Assembly (NCBI GenBank): GCA_039000985.1
Contig: JAWBMD010000002.1
Location: 38,369-102,368, forward strand
Length of the DNA: 64,000 bases
Source: Candidatus Aenigmatarchaeota archaeon
Lineage (GTDB): Archaea > Aenigmatarchaeota > Aenigmatarchaeia > CG10238-14 > SpSt-28
Direction of reading: 5' to 3'
The position numbers and the translations under genes were made by a program. Positions within the stretch are counted from its first letter, which is position 1. Each line of letters opens with the position of its first letter. The notes beneath the pieces are model-generated. The model saw only the letters and a program-made list of their open reading frames with translations, ran no database searches and had not been told where the DNA came from. This document shows, piece after piece, positions 19,571-29,642 of this stretch.

Positions 19571-20577
19571 TTGCCGAGTTCCCTTGGGACGATTCTCCCG
19601 ACCCACCGTTCCCTTCTCAGGAACCCCACCTGTGTCGGTTCTCGGTACCTAGCTTGTGGATCGCTCCTGTTTTTCTTTTCAGGGGCTCCTCGAATTTCGG
19701 CGACTCTGCATACGCAGAGCTCATCACCCTTTCATCTACTTCTCCTCATTACGAGACTCCGTAGACTTATGGGTTTGACTTACGCGCCGATATCGAGAAG
19801 CGTCGAAAAACAGGCTTGTGTCACCACATCTACCACAAGCGTACCGGAATATTAACCGGTTTCCCTAATCGGTGTTGTAGGTTAAACAACACCTTAGGGT
19901 AGGACTAACTGCTGGCTGATTTACATTGCCAGCAAACCCTTGGAGTTAAGGTGGCCGGGATTCCCACCCGGTTTTGCTGTTACTCATGGCAGGATCTGCA
20001 TTCCAGGCAGGTCCATCAAAGTTTACACCTTGACTTCTCTCCTACCTGGACGCCCCCCTACCTTATGGTATCCTTAACGATACCACAACCCATGTATCGG
20101 TATGGGGCTTAGTGCCTTCCATTTTCGGTGCAGAGCTTCTCGGCGGGTAAGTTATTACACACTTCTTAGCTGATGGCTACTTCTAGGCCCACAGCCCCGC
20201 TGTCTAAGAAGTTCCACTTCCTTCATCACTTAGCCCCAATTTAGGCACCTTAACATGGGTCTGGGTTGTCCCCCTTTCGGATAAGGAGCTTTCCCCCTTA
20301 CCCTCACTCCCATCTTCTATGGTTGTTAAGGGTTCTGAGTTTGACAGGAGAACTGGGTCTTTCGACCCTTGGTCCTCCAATCAGTATCTTTACCCCTTAA
20401 CAAACCTCAGATGGGGCTGAACTGTGGTCCATTTCGGAGGGAACCAGCTATTGCCAGGTTCGTTAGGCTTTTCACCCCTATCCCTGGCTCACGTGAGGGA
20501 TTGGGTCTCACCACCACTATCGGCCCTCCGTCCCTCGTTAGAGAGACTTCGGCCTGGCCAGGGATAGATCACCTGGC

Positions 20578-20608
20578 ATCCAGCTCTAGAAGTTATAACT
20601 TCTAGAGA
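20578..20608 (-). other. 23S BHB intron 2 (31 nt), about 676
   Basis: Helix CCAG/CUGG, bulges AA^U and AU^G, hairpin CUCUAGAAG/CUUCUAGAG. Confidence 0.88.
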
Positions 20609-20996
20609 TTCTGGTCTTATCCTAGTGATTTAGGCACTTTCATACCCAGCCCCACGCTCTTTCGAGCTACAGGCTTTTGCTTTCGCTACGGCTACATATC
20701 TTTCGATACTTAGCCTCACCACTGGGATAAACTCCCTGCCCCATTCTACGAAACGGACGTACTGATGCTGAGCTTCTCACTCTTTCACACCAGTACTGAC
20801 TATCCCCATATGGTTTCAGGCTCTTTTCACCGAGATTTCTCCCTGCTTTTCAGCTTTCTCTCACGATACTTAGTTCGCTATCGGACCCGGGACGTATTTA
20901 GAATTGGATGTCGATAACACCCAACTTCCCACTCCATACTTATGGAATGGTACTCGGGAAATTCGCCATCTTCCTTCCAGCCCTTCTCCTACGGGA

Positions 20997-21025
20997 TTTG
21001 ACTCTTACCATTTTTATGGTAAGAT
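20997..21025 (-). other. 23S BHB intron 1 (29 nt), about 333
   Basis: Helix UGAU/GUCA, bulges AG^A and AA^U, hairpin UCUUACCAU/AUGGUAAGA. Removal restores GGUGAUAG-UCCCGUA. Confidence 0.88.
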
Positions 21026-21425
21026 CTATCACCCTCTATGGTGCTGCATTCCAGCAGACTTCGGATGAGCTGGTTAGGAAGGGCGCGAATTCCCATTAAC
21101 TCCACATCTCCTTTGGTTTATCACCAAGGGATTTGGTTTGTTCTGTGCCGGTTTCAGTCGCCCTTTACTCCCGGCATCTCTATTGATTTCTTTTCCTCCC
21201 CCTATTAAGATGCTTCAATTCGGGGGGTTCCCCTTCCTTACGGAATATGTCTCAACGACACAGGATTCCCATTCGGAAATCCTGGGATCAATGGTTGCAT
21301 GCACTTACCCCAGGCTTTTCGCAGCTTGCTACGTCCTTCTTCGGCGCCCGAGCCAAGCCATCCACCATATGGGTTCCCCTGCTAGGCTTCTTTTTACCAA
21401 GTAACCCTATGATATCTCATATTAC

Positions 21426-21482
21426 GGTCTCAAAAAGACAGTTCGCTTATCATTTTTTCATATTGTTTTTCTTTCATCGACC
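21426..21482 (-). ncRNA. Putative C/D-box sRNA in the 23S leader
   Basis: GGUC/GACC terminal stem, C-like AUGAAAG, D'-like AUGA, C'-like AUGAUAA, D-like UUGA. The D guide CGAACUGUCUUU is complementary to the 23S transcript at 17636-17647. Confidence 0.6.
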
Positions 21483-21528
21483 TCGATATCAATCCTTAAG
21501 TGAATTCACTTAAGAATCTCATCAAACT

Positions 21529-21585
21529 GCTCAAAAGGTACCCACATCTTCATTAATCAGATGCCTTGTTTTCTTATTTCATCGC
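21529..21585 (-). ncRNA. Second putative C/D-box sRNA in the 23S leader
   Basis: GC-G-AUGAAAU ... CUGA-UUA-AUGAAGA ... UUGA-GC. Target not identified in the window. Confidence 0.45.
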
Positions 21586-21597
21586 TAAAACTAAATA

Positions 21598-21620
21598 TAT
21601 ATAAAACAAATATTTATAAA
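21598..21620. promoter_or_regulatory. TATA-rich divergent promoter region for the 23S precursor and ORF 21628
   Basis: TTTATAAA at 21613-21620 lies about 25-30 nt upstream of 21585 on the minus strand. A TATATA run is also present. Confidence 0.5.
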
Positions 21621-21627
21621 TTTTAGT

Positions 21628-21924
21628 ATGGGTTTTCCCGAGTCAGTAATAACTAAAACAAAAAAAGGAAATTTAGAAGTTAGAAATCTTGTTGAAAGAG
21701 GTTTTTATGTAATTTATGACTATAGAGATTTAAATAATTTTGAAAGAAAAGAAAATAAGCAAAAAATAATTTTGAAAAATAGTAAAAAAGAAATAAAATC
21801 TTTTTTTATTTTTCCTTTGAAAGAGAAAGGAAAATTCTTGATTGTTGAAACAGAGAGTGATGTGAAGAACATTAAAGTTTGGAATGATAAACTAAAAAAA
21901 GAGGAAGATTTATTCAATGAGTGA
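21628..21924 (+). CDS. Hypothetical protein
   Basis: 98 aa ORF overlapping the next gene. Confidence 0.6.
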   Translation: MGFPESVITKTKKGNLEVRNLVERGFYVIYDYRDLNNFERKENKQKIILKNSKKEIKSFFIFPLKEKGKFLIVETESDVKNIKVWNDKLKKEEDLFNE

Positions 21925-22858
21925 AATATTAGCAATAAACAATATTTGCATAAAAGTTAACGAGAAAAAAATTTTTCTCGATCCAAAAGTTTCAGAGTCA
22001 TTTTCTTTTATTTCACATGCACATGAAGATCATTTGCCAGAATTAATTATTAATGAACCTTATTGTACAGAGGAAACATTCGAATTAATAAAAGTTAAAT
22101 ATCCAAGCTTCAAAGCAAATATTGTTAAATTTAACAAAAAAATAAAACTTGATGATTTTTCTGTTGAGTTTTTAAGAGCTGGTCATATACTTGGTTCTTC
22201 CCAAATTTTCTTAGAGCTAGATGGTTTGTCAGTTCTTTATACTGGAGATATTAAAACAGTTGATGAATTAACAGCTGGAAAATATCAAACAAAAAATGCT
22301 GATACTTTAATAATAGAATCAACTTACGGTTTACCTATTTTTAAGTTTCCATCATTAGAGGAAATAATTAATAGCTTAGAAAAAATTTTGAATGAAGAAA
22401 ATGTGAATTTGCTTGGCTATCAACTTGGAAAAGCACAAGATATAATAAAAATTTTAAATCTTATGAGTTATGAACCATTTGTATCAAAATCAATAAAAGC
22501 TTATTGTGAAATCTATAAAAAGTTTGGAGTTGATTTGAAATATAGTGATGAACAAACAAACATTTCAGTTAGACCAGCATCATTAATTAAAAAATTTTCT
22601 GGCAGAAAAAATGCAATAATATTTACAGGATGGGCTTTAAGTAGAGAATTTGAAATAGCTGCTTTGCCATTTTCAGATCATTGTGACTTTTACCAGCTTT
22701 TAGATTACATAATAGAAGTTAACCCAAAAAAAGTCTATGTTGTTCATGGCTTTGTTTATGAATTTTCAAGAGAAATAGAAAAAAACTTAGGAATAGAAAC
22801 TATACCTTTTCCTTTCGATACTTTATCCCTATCCTCATTTTTTTCAAGAAAACAATAA
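21917..22858 (+). CDS. Metallo-beta-lactamase fold (beta-CASP-like) nuclease
   Basis: SHAHEDH, AGHILGS, YTGD, IESTYG, FSDH, VVHG. Confidence 0.9.
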   Translation: MSEILAINNICIKVNEKKIFLDPKVSESFSFISHAHEDHLPELIINEPYCTEETFELIKVKYPSFKANIVKFNKKIKLDDFSVEFLRAGHILGSSQIFLELDGLSVLYTGDIKTVDELTAGKYQTKNADTLIIESTYGLPIFKFPSLEEIINSLEKILNEENVNLLGYQLGKAQDIIKILNLMSYEPFVSKSIKAYCEIYKKFGVDLKYSDEQTNISVRPASLIKKFSGRKNAIIFTGWALSREFEIAALPFSDHCDFYQLLDYIIEVNPKKVYVVHGFVYEFSREIEKNLGIETIPFPFDTLSLSSFFSRKQ

Positions 22859-25800
22859 ATGTTTTTGCTTTTAATGCTTCCCTTAGTAAATTATTCCTAA
22901 TAATTGTTAGATCTTTAATTCTTCCTCTAACTTTTAATATTTCTGATTGATATTTTACCATTATATCATAGAAAGCTTTTTCAGATATTTTTCTTTTAAA
23001 GTATTGTTCCTCAGCGGATTTTCTTGCATTTATTAATTCTTTCTCTTTGCTTGTTAGTGAAATGATTTCTTTTGATAATTTTATGTATGGAACTATTACT
23101 TCAACTATTAAATATGTTGAAAAGAACAAAGCTATTGAAAATGCTATTATTAGGTATTTATAACTAAGCAACAAAAACATCCAATATTTTTTGTTAATTT
23201 CTTCCTCCAATTCTTTTATTTCTTCGCTTAATTTTTTGTTATAATTAATTAAATCAAGTAAAGCATTATTTGCTATTGAATTTTTTGCATTAATTAAAAC
23301 ATTGTTCATTTCATCTATACTTTTTGTTATAGGTACTCCAAAGTTTTTATATTCTTCATATATTTTTTTCAAATCTTTTAATTTTGATTCAAGTTCTTTT
23401 AAATCATTTATCAAGCCATTTTCCTTTATCTCTATTACTATTGACTCCGAATCAAATGTTTCATCTGAAAATGCATAAAGTATTAGTTTGTATTCTCCTT
23501 CAGTTGAATTTAAAAATGAATGAACAATAAAAGGTATGTCTCTTCTCTCTCCTGCTCCAAGCTCTATTGTTAAATTATCTTTTATTCCATAAATAGTGCA
23601 AGAAGTGCAATCAAATAAATATTTAATTGTTAATTTAATAGATGTATAACCGTTGTTAGAAATAGTAGCTATTAAAGTTCTATTTGTTCCAGTTTCAATT
23701 AATGCTCTTGTTTCATTACCTTTAAATTGTATTGAAAATGTTATGTTACATTCTGGAGAAAAAGAACAATAATATGTTTGATTTGGTAAGCAATATTGAT
23801 TGCAATCCAATCTTTCAAAGTACATTTCATATGGCTTACATGGACTTATACCACAACCTTTTTTAATTTCTCTCCCACATTTACAGATTGGAATTTCCGT
23901 AGGTGCAGAAACTCCTGGAGAAGAAGATGGGGGTGGAGCAGGTTGTTGTTGTAAAATTATTGTTCTTAAATTAACAACATGCAAACCAGAATTATTAAAA
24001 TAATCTGTTGAATTAATTGTGATATTAAAAGTAGTTCCATATGTATTTGGTGAATAGCATCTATCTATACAGCCATCAAAGCTATATGTATTTAAAGCTT
24101 CATTACTACATGCGTTGTAGTAAAATTCTGTTTCGTTATGCAAAACAAGCTCTGAATTTATATTATAACATAAAATATTAACTATAGCATCTTTAATTTC
24201 TTTATCTTCTCTATAATTAAAAATTTTAGCCCTTGGAAGACCTTCTGCACTTTTTATTGTCGTTTTCGGTTGCATTGTTAGCCCTTCAGATGGAACAATT
24301 ACTTTTATTTTAAGCAAATTTGTTAACAAAAACAAAAGCGTGTTATTACCAATGTTCCCATACTTTTCTGCTGTTACATTTAATGAATAGCTTTGCAAAG
24401 TATAGGATGGATTTAAAAAGAATTCAGCAGTACCATTTTCACTTATAATATTTGTTTGATTTGTTATATTTCCTAATGAATCTATTAATAAAATTGTTAT
24501 GTTAGAATTACTAACATTAAATGAATTAACATCCCTAACAACAAAAATTATGCTCTCACCTTTGTTAAAAACATTAAATGGTGTTATGAATTCTATGCTA
24601 TATTTATTAAAAGCTGTGAAATTACTTTCATCACTATTAACTGTATTAAATGATGAATTTAAATCAGTTGCAAAAATTCTTATTGAATAATTTCCTGTTT
24701 CGTTTATTTGTGTTGAAATATCATCTATTAAAAATTGAAATGCAAACAAATCATTTTCAATTCTTTTCATTGTTACATTTTTTTCAATACCACTTGGAAA
24801 AACTAGTGAAGCATTAACTTCTTTAACAAAAATATTATCAGTTATATTTGCAATTATTTTTAAGCTATCATTTAGATTTGACTTATTTGTTTTTAGTGAA
24901 AAGATTTCAAAGAAAAAATTATTTATTGTAGGTGGTTCTAAATCGAATGGATAAATTGTTATTGAAAAAATTTCAGAATTATTATTACCCATTGATGTAT
25001 TTGAGGAAACATTTAAGAATGTTAAAACAGATTTTTCTGGTTCTCCAAGCAAACTAGCTTTTATATTCCAATTAACACTCGAATAACCTTTCCAAAATAT
25101 TTCATCAATATATTTAACAAAGCTATCTTCACTTTCTGTTATGTTAATATAGCTTTCGTTCTCGCTATTAAATCTAATTGTTAAATTTCTTAAATCGCCC
25201 TTATATGCGGTAATATTAACATAATATGTTTGATTTTGTCCGGATAGCATTACGGGGTCTGCTTTTATAGTAATAGATGGTATACCAAACTTTACAAAAA
25301 ATGTTTGATTTTTTACTATTATTGAATTGTTCATTAAAGTAACGATATTCGAAAAAACACTATAGTTACCACTTCTTGTAAAGTTAGTAAAATTGTAAGA
25401 AAATCTATAACAATAACCTAATCTAGGCTCTGTAGCAAAAGCTCTAAATTCATGCAAAGCTACTCCATTTGAAATAGAAATGATAAATTTATATGTTTTA
25501 AATGGAGTAAATTTGTCAAATATTGTTGTTTTTAAAGAATTTGGTATTTGAATGTTTTTTTCAAATGTTTTTACTTGGTTATTTTCATCTATATAGCTTA
25601 TATTTGCATAGCTTGATGAAGAACCAAACCATAATATCTCTATTCTCCTTATTGGGAATATGCTTCTCAATGTTATGTTTATATTATCAATTGCATTAAA
25701 TGTTGTCCAGCTCGTTTCATTATTGCTATCTATTGACAAATTTGCATTATTACCATTTAATGAATTAGCAAAAGCACCTTTTTCTAATGAAGCTACATTA

Positions 25801-28547
25801 CCTGTTTCTATTTCTATTCCACAATCTCTAACAGTTTTTACTTCAACTCTATTCGCAAAAAATGTTTCTATTCCAGAATCGAAAGCTTTTAATATTGTGA
25901 AATTAACATTGCTTATTGTATTATTCCCAACTACATCAACAATTAAATTTGAATATTCGTCGATAAATGTTTGATTATTTTCAATTTTCATATCTAATGG
26001 AAATATAACTTCAAAAGTTTCATCTATGCTAGTATTTTTAAAAAGAGAAAATAGCTCTACAATCATTCTGTTTAATCCTGAATTATTTGAAAAAGCAGAC
26101 CAATTTTCAAAATATTTTGTACCATTTTTTATTGCAATATTTCTTTCGTGAAAGAAATTTTCATTTTTTGTTATATTTAAGTTTGTTTGGTCGAAAATAG
26201 TAAGATTAAAGCTTACATTCCAAATATCTCCGTCAAAAGATTCAGCTATTGTTGTTATGTTAAATGTTTGATTTGTTAATATATGGTAAAATGGTATATA
26301 AAAAGATATTTTTGGATTACCAAAACTTACATTAAAAGGCTCTGTATCATTTTTTATAAAAGAATATACTGATGAAATGTTTAATCCTACAAAACCAATG
26401 TAAAAACCACTTCTTTCTGGGGTAAAGTTTAAAGAAAATATATATCTATCATTAATAGTTTCTAAATAATCCATATTAATTGTAATTGTTGTTGGACTTA
26501 ATGTATTGGTATCTGTAATATTTAAAAAGCTCGTAGTAAATTTAACTTCATTTATAAATGATGAATTGGAGTCCTTATATATCGAGGCATTTATGATTAT
26601 GTATTTTCCATATAAAATGCTTTTGTTGGATATACTAGTTTCAAAACCAATTATAGTAATTGAAAAATTCGTTGAATTAGATATTCCATTTGAAGGTATA
26701 GCTGTTACATTAATTAAAACACCTCCAAAATCTATGCTTAATAAATTCCAGAAATTATCTATTGTATAAATTTCTCCATTAGATAAATTGAAAAGTTGAT
26801 TATAAAAGTTATTTGAATTCAAAAATAGCTTGGAATAATTGCTACTATTCAAACTCACATTTACATTCCAAACATCTCCCTCAACAGCTTTAAAGCTAAC
26901 ATTAGAAAAAAATGATTGATTTATTAAAAGTTTATTTTTTGGAAAGTTGAGATTTATTTCTATTTTTCCAAAATCCACAAAAAATGTTGTTGTATTCGCT
27001 GCTGTTCTTGGATTAGCTTCAACCATTACTGAAACAAAGTAATTACCAGATGAATTTGGTATGTAATCTAGATAGTATTCATATAAATCATCTTCATATT
27101 TTTTGCTAAAGCTTAAATTATAATATTCTGTAACAAAAAGGCTTCCAGTAGAATTTACTTTAAGATAAGTTATTGTTGAATTAACAATTTTTATTTCACT
27201 CGCATTTGTTACATTAACAAAAATTCTTATTGGCTCTTTTACTTTTATGTTTGTTGTTTTATTTATTTTTGGCAAGGCTGTTAATTCTAAAAACTTTATC
27301 CATGTGCTTGATTCATTCTGTGAAGAAATAAGATTTTGTTTATAGTAAGTTGATGTATTTCCAAATGTTCTGCATTTTACTGTTATATTTTTAGCAACAG
27401 TGATTTTAACTGGACGAGTAGCATATCCTGTTCCATTAGTTGTTTTGTTATTATCATCTACACTATAATCTACAATAAAATTAACTGGTTGATTTGGTAA
27501 TGGTTCCGTTGATGTATTATCTGCAACTAAACAATCTACATTTACTGTTTCTTCCACATAAGCATATTTATCATATGGTATTATCTCTCTTACCTTAGGA
27601 AATGACCAAAGAGTTAAATTTAATTCAGGAAAAGTTGTGTTATATCCTCCAAATGAGTTATTCGCAAATATTGAAAAATTATAAATACCACCAATTTTAT
27701 AAATTGGATCTGAGCTATTAAAAATGTAATTTATCCAATAGTTATATAAAGGAATATTTAATATAATAGCATGGCTTTTATTTAATGATGTTATATCTCC
27801 ATATGGTTGTTTAATGTAAAGAAATGAATGATTAACATCGGTTATCTGGAAAAGTGCTGAAATATTAGCATATTGACCTCTATCTATTTCATATGAAGAT
27901 AAAGATAAATTACTAAATGTTAAATTAAAATATTCAACAATTATAAAAATGTAATCTATTACAAGTGCAACCTTATTATCATCATTGTCATAACCCCTCC
28001 AAGATAAAGCAGCGTTTTTAATTTTATTCAAATGATCTAAATATCGAGTAACCTCGAAACTTTGAACAAATAAACTAGTGTTTGAAAAATTTCTACAAGA
28101 GGCTTGGCTTTCTGGTAATACTACATTGTAAGAAAAATATCCTGTATAATTATTTCCAATAAATAAATAGCATTTATCATTAATATTATCACCCAATGGT
28201 GTGCCTGATAGATCACAAATACTACCACTTACCTTGCAATCATCAGATTTCATTTGTGCATAAACATTTTTCACATTTATCCAATAATGGATTGGATAAT
28301 TGGAAAATGAAACATTTATTCTTCCATATTTTTCAACATTGTAATCAGTAATAGTAAGATATTCATAACTAGAGTCTTCATAGTTAATATTAGTAAGATA
28401 ACAGTATGGTGATGGATTACTTGCTTCTATACATTCATAAATTTGAGTTGGTCTAATAGTTAAATTTGCAAATTGAGAGAAAGAAAAAGAAATTAACAAA
28501 AAAACTAAAGCAATCCAACAACCTCCTTTGGTACAAGCTCTTTCCAT
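22800..28547 (-). CDS. Giant (1915 aa) membrane-anchored surface glycoprotein
   Basis: Signal peptide, many N-x-S/T sequons, Pro/Ser linker, Cys-rich module, coiled coil, then a C-terminal TM segment and tail. Confidence 0.85.
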   Translation of the reverse strand: MERACTKGGCWIALVFLLISFSFSQFANLTIRPTQIYECIEASNPSPYCYLTNINYEDSSYEYLTITDYNVEKYGRINVSFSNYPIHYWINVKNVYAQMKSDDCKVSGSICDLSGTPLGDNINDKCYLFIGNNYTGYFSYNVVLPESQASCRNFSNTSLFVQSFEVTRYLDHLNKIKNAALSWRGYDNDDNKVALVIDYIFIIVEYFNLTFSNLSLSSYEIDRGQYANISALFQITDVNHSFLYIKQPYGDITSLNKSHAIILNIPLYNYWINYIFNSSDPIYKIGGIYNFSIFANNSFGGYNTTFPELNLTLWSFPKVREIIPYDKYAYVEETVNVDCLVADNTSTEPLPNQPVNFIVDYSVDDNNKTTNGTGYATRPVKITVAKNITVKCRTFGNTSTYYKQNLISSQNESSTWIKFLELTALPKINKTTNIKVKEPIRIFVNVTNASEIKIVNSTITYLKVNSTGSLFVTEYYNLSFSKKYEDDLYEYYLDYIPNSSGNYFVSVMVEANPRTAANTTTFFVDFGKIEINLNFPKNKLLINQSFFSNVSFKAVEGDVWNVNVSLNSSNYSKLFLNSNNFYNQLFNLSNGEIYTIDNFWNLLSIDFGGVLINVTAIPSNGISNSTNFSITIIGFETSISNKSILYGKYIIINASIYKDSNSSFINEVKFTTSFLNITDTNTLSPTTITINMDYLETINDRYIFSLNFTPERSGFYIGFVGLNISSVYSFIKNDTEPFNVSFGNPKISFYIPFYHILTNQTFNITTIAESFDGDIWNVSFNLTIFDQTNLNITKNENFFHERNIAIKNGTKYFENWSAFSNNSGLNRMIVELFSLFKNTSIDETFEVIFPLDMKIENNQTFIDEYSNLIVDVVGNNTISNVNFTILKAFDSGIETFFANRVEVKTVRDCGIEIETGNVASLEKGAFANSLNGNNANLSIDSNNETSWTTFNAIDNINITLRSIFPIRRIEILWFGSSSSYANISYIDENNQVKTFEKNIQIPNSLKTTIFDKFTPFKTYKFIISISNGVALHEFRAFATEPRLGYCYRFSYNFTNFTRSGNYSVFSNIVTLMNNSIIVKNQTFFVKFGIPSITIKADPVMLSGQNQTYYVNITAYKGDLRNLTIRFNSENESYINITESEDSFVKYIDEIFWKGYSSVNWNIKASLLGEPEKSVLTFLNVSSNTSMGNNNSEIFSITIYPFDLEPPTINNFFFEIFSLKTNKSNLNDSLKIIANITDNIFVKEVNASLVFPSGIEKNVTMKRIENDLFAFQFLIDDISTQINETGNYSIRIFATDLNSSFNTVNSDESNFTAFNKYSIEFITPFNVFNKGESIIFVVRDVNSFNVSNSNITILLIDSLGNITNQTNIISENGTAEFFLNPSYTLQSYSLNVTAEKYGNIGNNTLLFLLTNLLKIKVIVPSEGLTMQPKTTIKSAEGLPRAKIFNYREDKEIKDAIVNILCYNINSELVLHNETEFYYNACSNEALNTYSFDGCIDRCYSPNTYGTTFNITINSTDYFNNSGLHVVNLRTIILQQQPAPPPSSSPGVSAPTEIPICKCGREIKKGCGISPCKPYEMYFERLDCNQYCLPNQTYYCSFSPECNITFSIQFKGNETRALIETGTNRTLIATISNNGYTSIKLTIKYLFDCTSCTIYGIKDNLTIELGAGERRDIPFIVHSFLNSTEGEYKLILYAFSDETFDSESIVIEIKENGLINDLKELESKLKDLKKIYEEYKNFGVPITKSIDEMNNVLINAKNSIANNALLDLINYNKKLSEEIKELEEEINKKYWMFLLLSYKYLIIAFSIALFFSTYLIVEVIVPYIKLSKEIISLTSKEKELINARKSAEEQYFKRKISEKAFYDIMVKYQSEILKVRGRIKDLTIIRNNLLREALKAKTFIVFLKKMRIGIKYRKEKV

Positions 28548-29611
28548 TTTTCATTATTTTCTTTTATTAACTTTCTAACATAAGTCCCTCTATAAATATT
28601 TCTTGGTTTTAGCAATAATGGTTCTATTACTTCCTTTTTTCCTTCAAAACATTTTTTTACATGATTAGAGGCTGTAAAAACAATATCAAAATCAAAATTT
28701 TTAATACAATACTCTGTCCATTTTTCATCATTATTAAAATCTGGTACTTTAACTATTTTCAAATTTTTTCTATTTTTAAAAACTAGTTTTATCATTTTTT
28801 CCCTTAAATTAGCAGTATATGGATTTCTTGGTTGATTATAATATTGAGCAGAACCTATTCCAACAATAACTTCATCAAATAATTTTAAAGCTTGATTTAT
28901 TGCATATACATGCCCTAAATGCAATGGTTGGAACCTTCCAATAAAAAATCCCTTTATTTTTAAATTTAAAGCAAATTCTTTTAAAACTTCAGCTGGATTT
29001 TTTGCTTTTACTATTCCCGAAGAAACCAAAACTCCTCTTGCTCCTAAAATTCTAGATTTCTTAACATCTAATGCAGTTTTTATCCCAGCACCAACTAATA
29101 GCTCAACATCATTTTTTCTACAAATATCAAAAGCTCTTTTTATTATTTTTGGCTTTGCTGTAGAAACACTAATATCACCGCCAATTAATTCTTTTGGTTC
29201 ATATGCAACATAATCTGGCTTAAACTTAACTATTTTTTTTATTTGAGAAATTTTGCTTGATAGAACAACTGATGTTAAGCTAAGGTTTTTACAAATCTCA
29301 ACACATTTTTTAATTTCTTTTATACTTAATGGTTTTTCTGAATGATTAATCAAAGTACCTTTAATACCAAGCATTTTTAATGAGCTAGCAATAATAGATC
29401 CTGTAAATGAACCAAGATTTTCAATAGGGTCAATATGTTGAGCAAAAACTTTTATTTTACAATTTTTTGCTATTTCCTTTATATCTAAAAAATTTGGAGC
29501 AACTATTATATCAACTTTATATTTAGCAGAAATTTTTTCACAAATCTTAGCTAACTTTAAAGCATTTTTATTAAAAGATTCAGCATAATTCTTAAAGTTG
29601 ACAACAATCAT
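28505..29611 (-). CDS. tpiA: Triosephosphate isomerase - NMN adenylyltransferase fusion
   Basis: TPI motifs NFKNY, NHSE, YEP and GAGI, followed by NMNAT motifs FIGRFQPLHLGH and IGIGSAQ. Confidence 0.9.
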   Translation of the reverse strand: MIVVNFKNYAESFNKNALKLAKICEKISAKYKVDIIVAPNFLDIKEIAKNCKIKVFAQHIDPIENLGSFTGSIIASSLKMLGIKGTLINHSEKPLSIKEIKKCVEICKNLSLTSVVLSSKISQIKKIVKFKPDYVAYEPKELIGGDISVSTAKPKIIKRAFDICRKNDVELLVGAGIKTALDVKKSRILGARGVLVSSGIVKAKNPAEVLKEFALNLKIKGFFIGRFQPLHLGHVYAINQALKLFDEVIVGIGSAQYYNQPRNPYTANLREKMIKLVFKNRKNLKIVKVPDFNNDEKWTEYCIKNFDFDIVFTASNHVKKCFEGKKEVIEPLLLKPRNIYRGTYVRKLIKENNEKWKELVPKEVVGLL

Positions 29612-29642
29612 AATATGATTTTATTTTTCGTAATTTAATATT

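Larger units (their letters stand above)
17325..21390 (-). rRNA. rrl: 23S rRNA gene (standalone, 8 BHB introns)
   Basis: GC-rich block with conserved LSU motifs (GGUGGAUGGCUUGGCUCGG, AGUACGAAAGGAAC sarcin-ricin loop, GCUGGGUUCAGAACGUCGUG). No 16S or 5S gene adjacent. Ends approximate. Confidence 0.97.
17296..21418 (-). repeat. Inverted repeat (17296-17335 / 21379-21418) forming the 23S processing stem with a relaxed BHB
   Basis: GAGAUAUCAUAGGGUUACUUG-GUAA-AAA-GAAGCCUAGCAG pairs with CUGCUAGGCUUC-UUAA-AAA-CAAGUAACCCUAUGAUAUCUC. Confidence 0.9.

Noticed and set aside
19571..21513. ORF-track ORFs within the 23S gene (also 17735..17920 and 17878..18090)
   Set aside because: Chance ORFs in GC-rich rRNA or antisense to it.
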